A stretch of 64,000 nucleotides of DNA from NCBI RefSeq assembly GCF_035084215.1, contig NC_090357.1, forward strand, positions 8,742,001-8,806,000. Direction: 5' to 3'. This document shows, piece after piece, positions 36,696 to 50,400 of the stretch. The notes under the pieces were generated by a model. It was not told the DNA's origin and made no database searches. It was given only the letters and a program-made list of their open reading frames with translations. Made by a program: the position numbers and the translations under genes. The number at the start of each line of letters is the position of its first letter. Positions within the stretch are counted from its first letter, which is position 1. This stretch comes from Heptranchias perlo. Its lineage: Eukaryota.

Positions 36696-38024
36696 TTGGA
36701 CTTTATTGAGATAAAGCCTGAGAAAATTAAAACTGTTACAGCACATGCAAATTACAGCAGAACACATTGGACCCAATGCAACAACCACACTATTACACAA
36801 TCCATTCCGGGGGGCATAATTCAGAAATATAACAGAGTTGCAACCATACTGCAATCAGGGATCAGGCAAATCAGAAAGGAATTATCGGTTTCCGTTCTAG
36901 CTCATGATAGATATATAGTAGTTTTAATAATATCAAGGAATGGATGTCAGCCAATTTAAAGAACTATTCTGGTCACAAACTGCAGTATAACCGGGGGTAT
37001 TAGGGTCATGGTCAAACCCTAGATTCCACAATCAAAGGAGAAGGAAAAATTATTTCTGCTTATGAGCAGAACCACTCTCAACCATGGAGCAGGCAGGCTG
37101 CTGGAACACCCACACTACTTGAGTAATTACGAAAGGCAAATACTGGTACGAAGCCCAGGCCAATGATGGATGTTCAATTTTTATTCTGGCTGGACTTTAG
37201 ACTGGTATGAGCTCATAAACTGAAGATATGGAAACAAGGCGTCTGCAGAGGGAAGAGATTTCAGTGTCCAAATAACTCTTATTCCATATGTATGTAGAGC
37301 ACTTTTCCAATATTTAGTTCTGAGCATGAATTCGTTCTCGTCATTTCATCTATTCTGGGTTAAGCGAATCCTAAAGTGACTGCTTTTCACTTACTGAGAG
37401 AACAACCATTGATTTCTGCAGAAAAATCATTTCCTGGCCTTGTCCCCAATCACGATGTCACACTACTGGTTGAACTGACAGGAAAACATAAGAGTTCTGT
37501 GTTTTTCTCACATTTATTTTTCTGTCCCACAATGCAGGATAAGAAGGTAAAGAAAGACTTGCATTTATACAGTGCCTTCTCATAGCTCAGAAACATTTCA
37601 AAGCACTTTGCATACAGCGAATTACCACGGGAGTGCAGCAACTATTGTGTGGGCAAATGTACGATAGTCAGTAACCTATTAACCACACCCCCAACCCATT
37701 CAAATCAGTAATAAAAAAATCAATCTATTTCAAAAGCTTTCCTGGATTAATATTTGTAATTTGCATTTGTATTTTTGCCAGCAGTTACAATATACCACAG
37801 AAACAAAAGGTCATTAATAATCTCTCCAACAAAGCAACATATTTTTCCTCTATAGATAAGATGAGAAATTGGATTACTGCTAGGAATTAAACTTTGGATG
37901 AATGCTTTATGTGTTAAATAGAAGTAGTTGGATTTTCCACTTTAAATTAGGAGGGAAGGCCCACTATCTAAACCCCCCCACAACCAAATCATCCTGATGC
38001 CTTAGTTGGCCACAGTGCCTGTGT

Positions 38025-38790
38025 CAGCTTGGGTTAGTGGTATTACTCTTGCCTCCAAGTCAACAACAATAATTTGCATTTATATAGCGCCTTTAATGTA
38101 GTAAAACATCCCAAGGTGCTTTACAGGAGCGTTATCTGAGGTAGGTCAAAGAGGTAGGTTTTAAGGAGCATCTTAAAGGAGGAGACAGAGGTGGAGAGGT
38201 TTAGGGAGGGATTTCCAGTGCTTAGGGCCTAGGCATCTGAAGGCACGGCCGCCAATGGTGGGGCGAAGGAAGTTGGGGATGCTCAAGGAGCCAGAATTGC
38301 AGGAGCGCAGAGTTCTCTGAGGGATGTGGGGCTGGAGGAGGTTACAGAGAAAGGGTGGGGCGATGGAGGGATTTGAACACAAGGATGAGAATCTTAAATC
38401 AGAAGGTTGTGGGGTCAGGTCTCACTCCACGACTTGAGCACATAACCTATGCCACACCTTCAGGACGGAAGGAGTAGTGTACTACCAGAGGTGCTGGCTG
38501 AGATATCAAACTGAGGCCTTCTCTGCCTGCTGAGGTGGATGTAAAAGATCCCATGGCACTCTTTGAAGAACAGCAGTTCACCTGATGTTCTGGCTGATAA
38601 TCCTCCCTCGACCAACATCACAGGTCACTTATCTCATTTGCTGAGTGGGACCTTGCTTTCGATAAGGTGGTTGCTGTATTTGCTTACAAAACACCAGTGA
38701 CTGCACGTCAACAGTAATCCATTGGCTGTGAGGCACTTTGGGATGTCCTGAGGATGTGAAAGACACTATACAAATATAAATTCTTCCTTT
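38025..38790 (+). mobile_element. DeuSINE-like SINE interrupted by a minus-strand L2 tail (~38060-38395)
   Basis: SINE head at 38025-38060 resumes at ~38397. Confidence 0.7.
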
Positions 38791-38844
38791 AGTTTTGAGC
38801 TGAGCCACCCTGACCAGGAAAGTCTCAGCTACAATCCCCAGTTT

Positions 38845-39202
38845 TTAAAATTCTCATCCTTGCTTTCTCTGTAACCTCCTCCAGCCCTACAACCCTCCGA
38901 GGTCTCTGCGCTCCTCCAATTCTGGCCTCTTGCTATTCCTCGATTTTAAATCGCTCCACCATTGGCGGCCGTGCCTTCAGCTGTCTGGGCCCTAAGCTCT
39001 GGAATTCCTTCCCTAAATCTCTCTGCCTCTCTCCCCTCCTTTAAGACACTCCTTAAAACCTACCTCTTTGACCAAGCTTCTGGTCACCTAATATCTCATG
39101 TGGCTCGGTGTCAAATTTTGTTTGATAACACTCTTGTGAAGCGTCTTGGGACATTTTACTACGTTAGAAACGCTATATAAATGCAAGTTGTTGTTGTTGT
39201 TG
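38845..39202 (+). mobile_element. L2 3' fragment nested in a second-family SINE
   Basis: L2 tail family ending in (TTG)n. Confidence 0.75.
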
Positions 39203-39794
39203 TGCTGATTAAGCTGATCTCTGCCAGGTCAGCAATAAGGGTCTTACAATTGGCCTCAGTACCCTCGGGCTAGGAGGAGAAAAATCGGCCAGAGTTCCTG
39301 CTCGTGACTGCGAATGGTGTGAGAAAATAATTGGACTCAGCTGTGATGACCTCATGGGTGAATAGCCAGCTGATGCTCATTATCTAAGTTCATACGTTCA
39401 GAAAGGCCACTCGGACTGGGCATAAGAAGGCACCTGGCCACCTGTGGAACCGTGCCCCAGCCAAGGCTGAGGTGGAAAAAAAAACCACCCTCAACAGAGA
39501 CTGATCTGCAATGACTGCTTGGATATAGGAAATGGGGTGTGAACTGGTTAAAGGCTCAGATGAGAATGGGCAAGGTTCAGGCAAGTCAAACAAAAGTTAA
39601 CAGAGGTCTGTGATTAAACCAACAATGAACAAAGAAGGTGAGCATATTTGGTAAAGAGGAGGGGCTGGTCACACCAGTATTTTGCACCTAAAGAGAAACT
39701 GAACTGTTTAAACAATATGTGGTTAGTTTTGTTAAGCAAAAAAGAACATTAACTGAAATACAAAGCCTTCCTATCTTCTGTAGTTTCTATCATT

Positions 39795-40085
39795 TATTAG
39801 GACAGATATTAGGACAGGTGACCAGAAGCTTGGTCAAAGAGGTACATTTTAAGGACCGTCTTAAAGGAGGAAATAGAGGTAGCAAGGTGGAGACGTTGAG
39901 GGAGGGAATTCCAGAGCTTAGAGCCTAGGCAGCTGAAGGCACTGCTGTCAATGGTGGAGCGATTAAAATCGAGGAGGGGCAAGAGGCCATAATTGGAGGA
40001 GCGCAGAGATCACGGAGGTTTGGAGGAGGTTACAGAGATAGGGAGGTGCGAGGCCATGGAGGGATTTGAAAGCAAGCATGAGACT
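39795..40085 (-). mobile_element. L2 3' fragment
   Basis: Reverse complement of the L2 tail family. Confidence 0.7.
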
Positions 40086-41644
40086 TTACTGGTCAGGATG
40101 TCTCAGCTCAAAACTAAAAGGAAGAACTTGTATTTATATTGTGTTATTATTTATTTACTGAGTTTCGAGAGGCCTTTTAAAAAAATTCCTAGGCTCCCCA
40201 ATGGATGAGATGATATATGCGCTACTCAGTGTAGAACTGAGGCATACAGGCCATGAAGATCCAAACTGGCCTCGGTAATCTTGGGCTTGAAAGGAATTGG
40301 GGGAAGAAACTAGCTCAGGTTCCTGCTCCTGATCACTGATTCTGTGACCGCCCCCCCACCCCCCAGTCTTCTTCAAAGGACATGTGAAGACGTCATGGGT
40401 ATGGAGACATGACTAGGCTTCACTGTGAACAGCCAACCAACACCGTCTAGGCTCATGCAAGAAGAGTGGCCAGTACTGGACAGCTGGCTGAACCCATTGG
40501 AACTGAACCCAGCAAGGATTCATGTTCCAAAAAGAATCAGAACCTTCAGGAGAGGGGAGAAAATTGAGGGAGCTTGAGGGAAAGATAAAGCTCTCCCCAT
40601 CCCATGTAAATACATTAAGAAAAGTGATTTCTGATAAAAAATACTAGATAGTTACAGCTCAAAAATAATGCTGTTCTTCATTTTCAACAGATGCATGTAC
40701 TGGTCTAGTAAGAAATATCAACAATGTTTGCCCATAAGTAAAGTGCAGCCATTAACCAAACCAATGGGAACTTTTGTCTTCATGGGACACATAGTACCAC
40801 AGAGCCTTGAGGACCCTGAAATTCCTGGGTTTGGAGAGGGCATAAGCATTTATGTCTTGGGGGGGGGGGGGGGGGCAAGAATATGGATTCTGCTGGGATT
40901 GTGACCCATTTGGACAGGACGTATAAATTCTGGTTGGGGTGGGCAAATCTTATATCTCAAGTTGCTGATACTAATGGATCTTGGTGTTCCAATTTAGAAT
41001 TTATCCACCAATAAGGAAACACCACTAAAAACAACCCTGTCCAAACCTCCAGGTCCTCAAAATTCAGAGGACAAATCAGCAAATAAGAAATAGAAGCAAA
41101 ATAGGTGTGAGATACCTGGGCTTCAAAGATTGGATTGCCAGGGCTAGGGGACTGCAGTTTGGACATTCCTGACTTAGTACTTTTGTAGAAAGGTTCAATG
41201 GGCTTTCATATAATCCTTGCGCTGCCTGAAGATCCTGGGAATTTCTGTCTGTTTGGACAAGCCATTGTCAAGAGATTCTTGAAGGTTGTGTTTACCAGTG
41301 CAGTTTTGGTACATGAAGCACATGTAACAAGATGAAAACTTAAAAGGAATATTATAGTTGTGATTGCTTCTATAGAAATTGTGAAATACCCTTCACTTTA
41401 CAGCAGATGGTTGGTCTCTTTCTAAGGGTAGGCAAATGTTCCGTACTGACTGGAAGCAGGCTCATATTTATGACTCAGCCGGTGTTGAGTTCCCCCATCA
41501 TAGTTTTCCTATTAGGGGAGAGAAAAGCTGTTGCTAGAAGCTTTCATTCAGGGAAGGCTGGAAAGCCCCAATGTTCTGTACTGAGAAGTTCATAGCTCAT
41601 AGTCAATGTTTTATTGTTCATTTATCATTAATCGTTGATCATTG

Positions 41645-42085
41645 TCAGCTTGGCTCAGTTGGTAGCACTCTCGTCTGAGTCAGGTGGTCATGAACTTCAA
41701 GCCCCATTGTAGACTTGAGCATATAATCTAGGCTGACACATTATCAGAGGTGCTATCTTTTGGATTGGATGCTATACCACGGCCCTGCCCGCCTGCTCTC
41801 TCAGGTGGGTGCAAATGCACCACATGGCACTATTCAAAGACGAGTAGGGAGTTCTGTCAGTGTGTTGGCCAACATTCTTCCCTCAATCAACACCACCAAA
41901 AATAGATGAGCTATCTGGCCATTCATTCAATTGTTGTTTGTGGGATCTTGCCTTGTGCAAAGTGCCTGCTGCATTTGCTTACATAATAACACTGACTGCA
42001 CTTCCAAAAGTAATTCATTGGTTTTTAGATGCTTTGGGACATCCTGAGGATGGGATAAGGTGATTTATAAATACAAGTCTTTCTT
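41645..42085 (+). mobile_element. DeuSINE-like SINE
   Basis: TGGCTCAGTTGG head, core and tail. Confidence 0.75.
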
Positions 42086-42879
42086 TAATTATATTTAGAT
42101 TTCTGCATTTTTCTTTAGAAGATAACCTCATCTCCAGGGGGAAATTCTGATCCCCCCTCCTCCTATTTTTATTGCTTCAACTTTAATTTTTTCTATCCAA
42201 TATAACTTGTACCATTTTTAACAAATTAAGTTTTAAACCCGCCCCTCCCCAAAATAGTTTTGATTGGCTCAAAACCGGCTCCAATACCTGATTTTTCAGC
42301 CAAGACCCAAGTCACCGTTTCAATCTTCATGATTTTCCTGCATCAAATAGAAGATAACAGAAAATGTTGGAAGTTCGGACGGTCCATTAATGTCTGAAAA
42401 TGGAGATTAATGTTTCATATCTGATGCAGTGTCTACCCAAAATGTTCATCTGCCTTTTTTCTCTTCAGATGTTGGTTACTTCCTGCATTTTCTGGTTTTA
42501 CTTCAGATTTTCAGCATTTGCAATTTTCTGCTTTACCAAATAACCACTCAGTTATTCCGTTGGCCATGAGATCGCTATCTGACGTGAACACATTGACAAC
42601 ACAGCAACGGTTAACTATCAACTGAAACATCATAAAAATGATAGTCTAATGCCCAATGGAGATATATATATTGGAACCAGTTCCAGTGGAAGTGGCTGTT
42701 CTCCTGGTTCTCTCTGCTTACAATATGGTGTGGATTAGACATCTGCAGTAACAGTACAACAATGGTACACATGCAGCATTACAGCATTTTACCTGTGTTA
42801 CTGGTGGCGTTTTCCACTCAGAGGCAAGTAACAAGACCACTCGGTGAGGTGGTGATCCTTGCCTTTGGAGACGTGCATT

Positions 42880-43235
42880 TCTTTGTCCTGGATGGTGTCG
42901 AGCTTCTTGAGTGTTGTTGCAGCTGCGCTCATCCAGGCAAGTAGACTGTATTCCATCACACTCCTGACTTGTGCCTTGTAGGTGGTGGAGAAGCTTTGGG
43001 GAGTCAGGAGGCAAGCCACTCGCCACAGAATACCCAGCATCTGACCTGCTCTAGTAGCCACTGCGTTTACGTGGCTGGTCCAGTTGTTTCTGGTCAATGA
43101 TGTTGATGGTGGGGGACTCGGCGATGGGAATGCCGTTGAATGTCAAGGAGAGGTGGTTAGACTCTCTTGTTGAAGATGGTTATTGCCTGGTACTTGTGTG
43201 GCACAAATGTTACTTGCCACTTATCAGCCCAAACC
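42880..43235 (-). mobile_element. CR1-group (Zenon-like) LINE ORF2 fragment
   Basis: YKAQVRSVMEYSLLAWMSAAATTLKKLDTIQDK. Confidence 0.7.
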
Positions 43236-46034
43236 TACTAATAAAGTATTCCACTTCATTAACATTATGTCCTGCCTCTGAAGGCAATGCTGTAATATAA
43301 ATGGGCTGTAGATACAGGTTTACAGGGGATACATTAGCTCAAATCACTGTTAGAGTCTGTGAGCAAAGCTGGTGACAAGGCAGTTTATTGGAGTCCTCTT
43401 AGGGACTCTGAAGAATGGAAAACCACATACTTGAATTGTTTTCAAAACACACATTTTACATTTTTATTTTAAACTGAAACTTTTAGCCCTGCATAAAGAT
43501 CACACAAACTGCGCCAGTTTTGCTTCAATAAACTTTATTGCCTTTAGTTTCTGTCACAGTATCATGGCTAGTACCTTATAATCTGGTCGCAACATCACAG
43601 AACCAAAGGGATAAAACTTTGCTTCTTTCTGAAACTCAATTTTCAAAACAAAAAAGCATGAAGTTCTTACAGCAAAATAATTGCTTTTACATCTGAATAT
43701 CTTGCTGCACCTCCAAGTAGCACAAGCAAAGATGTAATCATTCTTAGAGACAGATATATATATATATATATATATAAACTGGAGCCAAATTTTAGAGTTG
43801 GTACCTCTTTTTTGTTGATCTACTGAAGCTTTTATTGAAAACTAAAAACAAAAATTAGCATAGTATTCAATTTATTAAAGTTATGGGTGTTTCTCCCCCT
43901 TGCCCCATCCCAAAAAAAATTCAATGTTAACCTGACATTTAAAAAAAAACCTGGCTACAAATCAACAAGTAGCTGATGGAGCAGCAGTAAGCTCGCTCGC
44001 TGCCTGGCACTCCAGTCCGCATGCCACAGTTATGATGAGTTCTGCTGGCTCTCACTCTGGACACTGGGCAGTGTTCCTGCGAGAGCTGATGGAGGCTGCA
44101 TTCGTCTTGTCAGACAGCTTGTCTTGGCTGAGAGTGGAGGACCGTTGGTGACGGCCAATGAAAATGCAATGGTCTTCGTCATCTCTGCCCCGACCCAAGA
44201 GACGTTTACAGGTCAGTATCATTACAGAAAGTATTTCGAAGGAACAACAACATAAAGGAGACAAAAAAGTGTCTTGTTTCTCCAGTACAGCTATCACTTC
44301 CCTTGAGTACGTTAATGTTTAGTACCTTTAGCACTGAGACAACACTGTAGAGGAGTACATTGCATAGAACTTTGAAAATTAACCTTTGTAGATTGGTCAA
44401 TAAATACATTTCTTAAATTTAAATCACTCTTAGAACCTTGGTGTGTGTAGTACCTACAATATCAAACTCTTGACTTTTTGTCGAATTATGACTGCGTACC
44501 ATATTAAGTGATATATATACAGCTTACATGCTGCTAGTTCAATGACCCACAGTAAATAGTGGTCAGTGTTTGATAAAACAGTACCAAAACGTTGGCCATA
44601 AATGGTATTATGTCTAAAAGGAATGAATGTTTCGCTAGTTGAGTTGTTCCCCGTCCGACAATTACAATTTTAGTATTTTTACGGTTTTGAGTATTAAGCA
44701 CTCTGGGTCAGGTGATACAACAGCACTATTCAATGTCTAAAATGGTCTGAGTATAGTAAAGCCTACTCTCTAGCTTGCTTTGTAGCATATGCAGTGAAGT
44801 TCATTGTTACTTTGAGGCTGCTGGGGAGGAAATCCCACCATACCCAATGAAAAACAAACGCACGCCACGCATAAACCTATCCCTCTCTCAGCGAGAACTT
44901 CAAAGGCTAAAAGTGATTCAGTTACCTTCTCTCCATCACCTTCCTCCCAAAATGTACATTAGCAGCTACATGAAGACAGGAGAAAAATAACTAGGGCATG
45001 TTATATGAAAAATTTCAGCTCAACCTCAAGAAAATGGCCTACAAACCCACAAAAGCTTCAGATCCACGTTAAGGTACATTATGTAGATTTCTTGCTGTCT
45101 TCGTACTGGCTCTGAAATGAGATTAACCTCACTCTCCATCCTGCTTTCATGAAACTCTAGGTGACAGTATGGTCAAATAAAACCAGGGACTTTTGAGCAG
45201 CTTGGATGCTCACATGTTTGACAAGAAGAAATACTGGTCCAAAAGAGAGAAGGCTTAGATAGACTTCCTATAGCCTTTGTTTGAAAATAGAAAAGCCAAA
45301 TATACATATACAAAGGCAGGCTACAGGCCATTTTCCTTAAGTTTCAACCTGAGAGATGTGATACAAGTGCCTATAATGTCTAATTTACACTCCTTTCTCC
45401 CTACTATGATCTAGCCAGGTTCTCCTGAAAGGCCAGATGATCAGTGGTGGCCCATCCCATCACTGCTGGTGCCACTCTTTCTCCATCCCAAGCAATGCTG
45501 ATTATCAGTAGAACGGGCAAGTTGTAGAGTTCAGTTGTGCACTGATCACATGAAATTGATGACAAAGTGCTCTTCCCACTCCTGGGTTGTCAGGGTTTAT
45601 CTCCCACTTTCATAATGGCAATATAGATCCACTCAACCATTGACATACCCATGGAGACCATATCATGGTAATGACTAGCAGTAATCAGGTAGGACTGGCA
45701 ACTCCCAGCAATTCAATCCCTGGACAAATATTGATCTAGGCAAAAAAATAAAATCAGAAGCACAGAAAGGCCCCCAAGCAGTAATTCCTGGACACAACAA
45801 GAGAATACTGGACAGTTTGCAACCCTACGCCAAGAATTCTGAAAGAAACAAATACCAGGAAGAGCAGTAAATCAGAATATCACAATTGGCTCAGCTGTAA
45901 AATCAGACACCTGATATACACATTTCTATTCAGTAATAGTTTAACAAGTTCTAGGTATCCAGCTATTTACTAACATTATTTTCCTCTAGCTTTAACATGG
46001 AGTTAGCCTGGACCAAAATAGTTTGAACACCTAA

Positions 46035-47230
46035 TCATAGAAAGTTACAGCACAGAAGGAGGCCGTTCGGCCCATTGTGTTCACGCCGGCTGAAAAAGAG
46101 CTATCCAGCTTAATCCCACTTTCCAGCACTTGGTCCGTAACCCCGTAGGTTACGGCACTTCAAGTGCACTTCCAAGTACTTTTTAAATGAGTTGAAGATT
46201 TCTGCCTCCCTTCCAGGCAGTGAGTTCCAGACCCCCACCACCCTCTGGGTGAAAACATTTCTTCTCAGCTCCCCCTAATCTTTCTACCATTACTATAAAT
46301 CTATGTCCCCTGGTTACTGACCCCTCTGCTAAGGGAAATAGGTCTTCCCCATCCACTCTATCTGGTCCCGTCATAATTTTATATACCTCAATTAAATCTC
46401 CCCTCAGCCTCCTTTGTTCCAAAGGAAACAACCCCAGCCTATCCAATCATTTCTCATAGCTAAAATTCTCCAGCCTGGCAACATCCTCGTAAATCTCCTC
46501 TGTACCCTCTCTAGTGCAATCACATCTTTCCCGTAATGTGGTGACCAGAACTGTACACTATACTCAAGCTGTGGCCTAACCAATGTTTTATACAGTTCTG
46601 ACATAACCTCTCTGCTCTTATATTCTATGCCTCGGCTAATAAAGGAAAGTATCCCGTATGCTTTTTTGATCACCTTATCTACTTGTCCTGCTACCTTCAG
46701 GGATCTGTGGACATGTACTCCAAGGTCCCTTTTTTCCCCTACACCTCTCAGTATCCTCCCATTTATTGTGTACTCCCTTGCTTTGTTTTCCCTCCCCAAA
46801 TACATTACCTCACACTTCTCTGGATTGAATTCCATTTGCCACTTTTCTGCCCACCTGACCAGTCTATTGATATCTTCCTGCAGTCTAAAAGCTTTGCTCC
46901 TCACTATCAACCACACGACCAATTTTTGTATCATCGGCAAACTTCTTGATCAAGCCCCCTACATTCAAGTCCAAATCATTAATATATACTACAAAAAGCA
47001 AGGGACCCAGTACCGAGCCTTGCGGAACCCCACTGGAAGCAGCCTTCCAGTCACAAAAACACCCGTCAACCATTACTCTTTGCTTCCTGCCACTGAGACA
47101 ATTTTGGATCTAACTTGCCACTTTCCCTTGGACCCCATGGGCTTTTACTTTTTGGACCAGTCTGCCATGTGGGACCTTGTCAAAAGCCTTGCTAAAATCC
47201 ATGTACACTACATCAAACGAGTTACCCTCC
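46035..47230 (-). mobile_element. CR1 LINE, 5'-truncated
   Basis: SGVPQGSVLGPLLFVVYINDLD...KFADDTK...WQMEFNPEKCEV, with frameshifts; CR1 3'UTR. Confidence 0.92.
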
Positions 47231-47348
47231 TCAAAAATGTTTTTTTGATGAACCAACTAAACCAGAAAGAATGATTGCTCTGCGTTTGTAGCAGTTTCAA
47301 TCAGCACTGGAAGAGAAAGACAGTTTAACATTTTGGGGATAACTCTTA

Positions 47349-47429
47349 CATTTTAATATGTTTAAAATAAATGGGTTAAACTGCACTAAACCTGCGCACA
47401 GAGGAATTTTACACAAACATATTAACCGG
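47349..47429 (+). repeat. Dispersed direct duplication of 48849-48931
   Basis: 81/83-bp copies differing by one substitution and a 2-nt indel. Confidence 0.92.
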
Positions 47430-50400
47430 ATTATTTGACAAACTCAAATGGTTAGATGCTGATTGACTTGCTGTACATCTCCTCGGTTTCCTGTTTCTGT
47501 TTCAGATTTCCAGCATTCATGACTTTTCTCACTACTAATGCAGCTCTCTGAATTAAAAAAAAGTCTTTTGATTTTTTGTAAGGATGACTTGCAGTACATG
47601 GAGAAATCTACACAGGGTGCCAGATCATCTGATAATCACATGATATCATTTAAAAAATTAATTTAATATTCTCAATTAAGTTATATGCAAAGCTGATAAA
47701 AGTACAGTAAAAGTCAATGTTTCAACTCCACCAGTCTATAAAGTAAAGCCTTATTTTAGATACCATTTTGGTAAAAGTCCTCTAAGTTTCACCAGTACAT
47801 ACTTTAGAGGGGATTGCATGCAGAAATGTGCGATTGATTTATATGCAATATTTTATGGCAAAAAGAAAAGATAACTCTAACCATTGATAATCACCTGGCC
47901 ACAGTCTGATTCAATGGAGTGAGCTAGTCGGTGAGCTCTTCTTCCCTTCCCCTGAAAGAGCACCTTACTGCCATTTGTTTGCCCGCTATCTATTGATAGC
48001 AGGCAGGGAAGGGAGCTGTATTAAAGTGCAGCCCGGAGATCTGCACTTGGCACCTTCTGGTTCAGAGCACGGTTGGCCTCCCACCCCATTCCCCCGGACA
48101 TTTTAAAAAAGTGTTCATTCACCCAAAATGTTTTTTTTCCACTTCCTTCTTTTCTCACACTTATTTTCTGACCCCTTCCTCCACTTCTCAATTTTTCTGA
48201 TCACCCTGACCCATGCACCCACTACACAGCTGATATCAGGCTTCTACTAACTAAACTGGCCACTAGGCGTTCAACAGCTGCTTGGTACTAACTCTCTCCT
48301 CTATTCCCTCCCTCCTCACCTGACGTCTGGTTGGCATATCCCAATAGTAATATGGCTGAGGTAGGTAACTCAAGCAGGGGAGGAGGGACTGTGGGTGGGA
48401 ACTCCAGTCCCAGCATTGTGGGACTATATGCTGGTGCTCCAATGCCCCACATCCCATCAAACCATTAGGCTGCCTGAATGATGATTGGTTCGTAAGATAC
48501 CAGCAAATCACCCATTGCATTTTTCTCTTAACACAACGTTTTGCAAAATCAGCTCTACAAAAACAACTATTCCACCATTCAAAGACACGACAAAACAAAG
48601 GTGTGGGTTTCAACTCAAAATATGGTGAAGGCAAATTCCTGGTACCATCCCAATATACATAATAGCATAATCCAGTTATATATGTCTGACTCATTGTATG
48701 GAACAGCACTGCACTGTATATACAGTGCACTGAACATCCTTCTCTCCAATAAGAAGGCCTCGCTCCCTCTTCTGCTAGTCATGGAGTAGTTTAATTTTCT
48801 CTGGGTATTACACTGGTTAACACATTTGTCTAAATTTCCTTTGTGCAGCATTTTAATATGTTTAAAATAAATGGGTTAACAACTGCACTAAACCTGCGCA
48901 CAGAGGATTTTTACACAAACATATTAACCGGTGCGTTATCAGAGAAAAGTAAACTCATGAAAAGTAACTTAGATCAAAAGCTTCGGATGATTAATGATCT
49001 TCATTCACTGATGTCATAGAACAAGATGATTTAAATAATTGAAGGTTTCCATTAAACCCCCCCCCCAAAAAAAACCCCACACTTGGATATATTGTCCATC
49101 TTCTGTAAAATAACAGGCATAAATCTACAGGTTTTACAGCATGTTGCAAGTCCTTTTGGTTATTCTCTCCCCGTTCACAAAGTCTCCAGCAACCCTGATT
49201 GACAAAGCAATGATTACAGATTTCAAGAAAATCAGCAATAAAAATGTGGACCCTGTAACATGGCCTTCACTGTCTGTGTCTCTATGCAGCACCAGCTGCT
49301 ATTGTAATCGGAATATTTGATATATCCAGATAGGCTAAAATGATGCATGTTGAGTCTGCTCGGCCCTGCATGTTAGAGTCATGGAAATCAACGCAATGCT
49401 TGTAAGAAAAAGAATCACAAAACTGACCGTTTTCTTCTCAAGTTAGAAAATGTATCCCACAATGTATGGAGAAAAAGATAAGCCGAAAATTTAAGTGCAT
49501 CAATTAAATTATTAAAATAACATCCTCCCTGTTCAGCCTAAAAATTCCACAGCCAGTCAGTCAGATCTAGTCAAAGTTGTACAGATCAGAGAGGAAGAAG
49601 CTGCTACACTGCAATCTGTGCCAATATGAAAAGCTCAAACGCCTAACATTTTTCCTCCCTTTTTTTTTGAACAGTTACTTGACTCCATTAATCTCTCTAC
49701 TGCACTTTCTACATCATTCACCTCAATCCAAAAGTGTGCAAAGCACTTTGACACATTTTAACGACATGATAAAAGGCTGTATAAAATGATTCTTTTCTTT
49801 CTTTGACGTCATTGGGGGGGGGGGGGGGGGTTCATCGACTTTAAAACCTGATCAGGAATCTAAAAGGAGACTTCAGTAGACAATGATGCCCCTTTAAAGA
49901 GAGAATCATCACCATATTAGGAGGGGATGGAATACTCATCACAACAGAACCAAAAAGCTTTCCTAATAACTTTACAGAGGTGACAATACTGCTTTAATAC
50001 ATCCCCCCCTCCCCCAGTACATTTCTATACAGCCAAAAACCATTTACTGTGATTTATTAATTTATTTTGCACAGTCCAATGCAGTTTTTCCACCGATAAA
50101 ACTGTGAAACACTGATGCGCTTATCAGAGTTTAAATCAATCAGTGTTACTGCCAATCAGAAGAATCCATCCGGGAAACAAGGGAATGTTCTGACAACCAC
50201 CAATTATACATTCATAAAGGCACACTAGAAAAGTTTAACTATTGCCTCTTCAAAGGTCCTTTTACCAGAGTGAACTTTTCAGCAGCACTTTTGAGGTACT
50301 TCAATCAATTTTCGCTGCTTTCTTTCTTATAGTTCTACAGTGTCGGATGGCTCATTAAGAACACACAGAGAGATGTGCCCCAGCCATCCTTATAAAGTAA

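Noticed and set aside
44052-44409. Short minus-strand ORFs as a separate gene
   Set aside because: No recognisable domain or convincing splice structure; better explained as UTR or intergenic sequence.
46627-47274. 215-aa plus-strand ORF, and antisense ORFs at 53958-55102
   Set aside because: Antisense shadows of CR1 ORF2.
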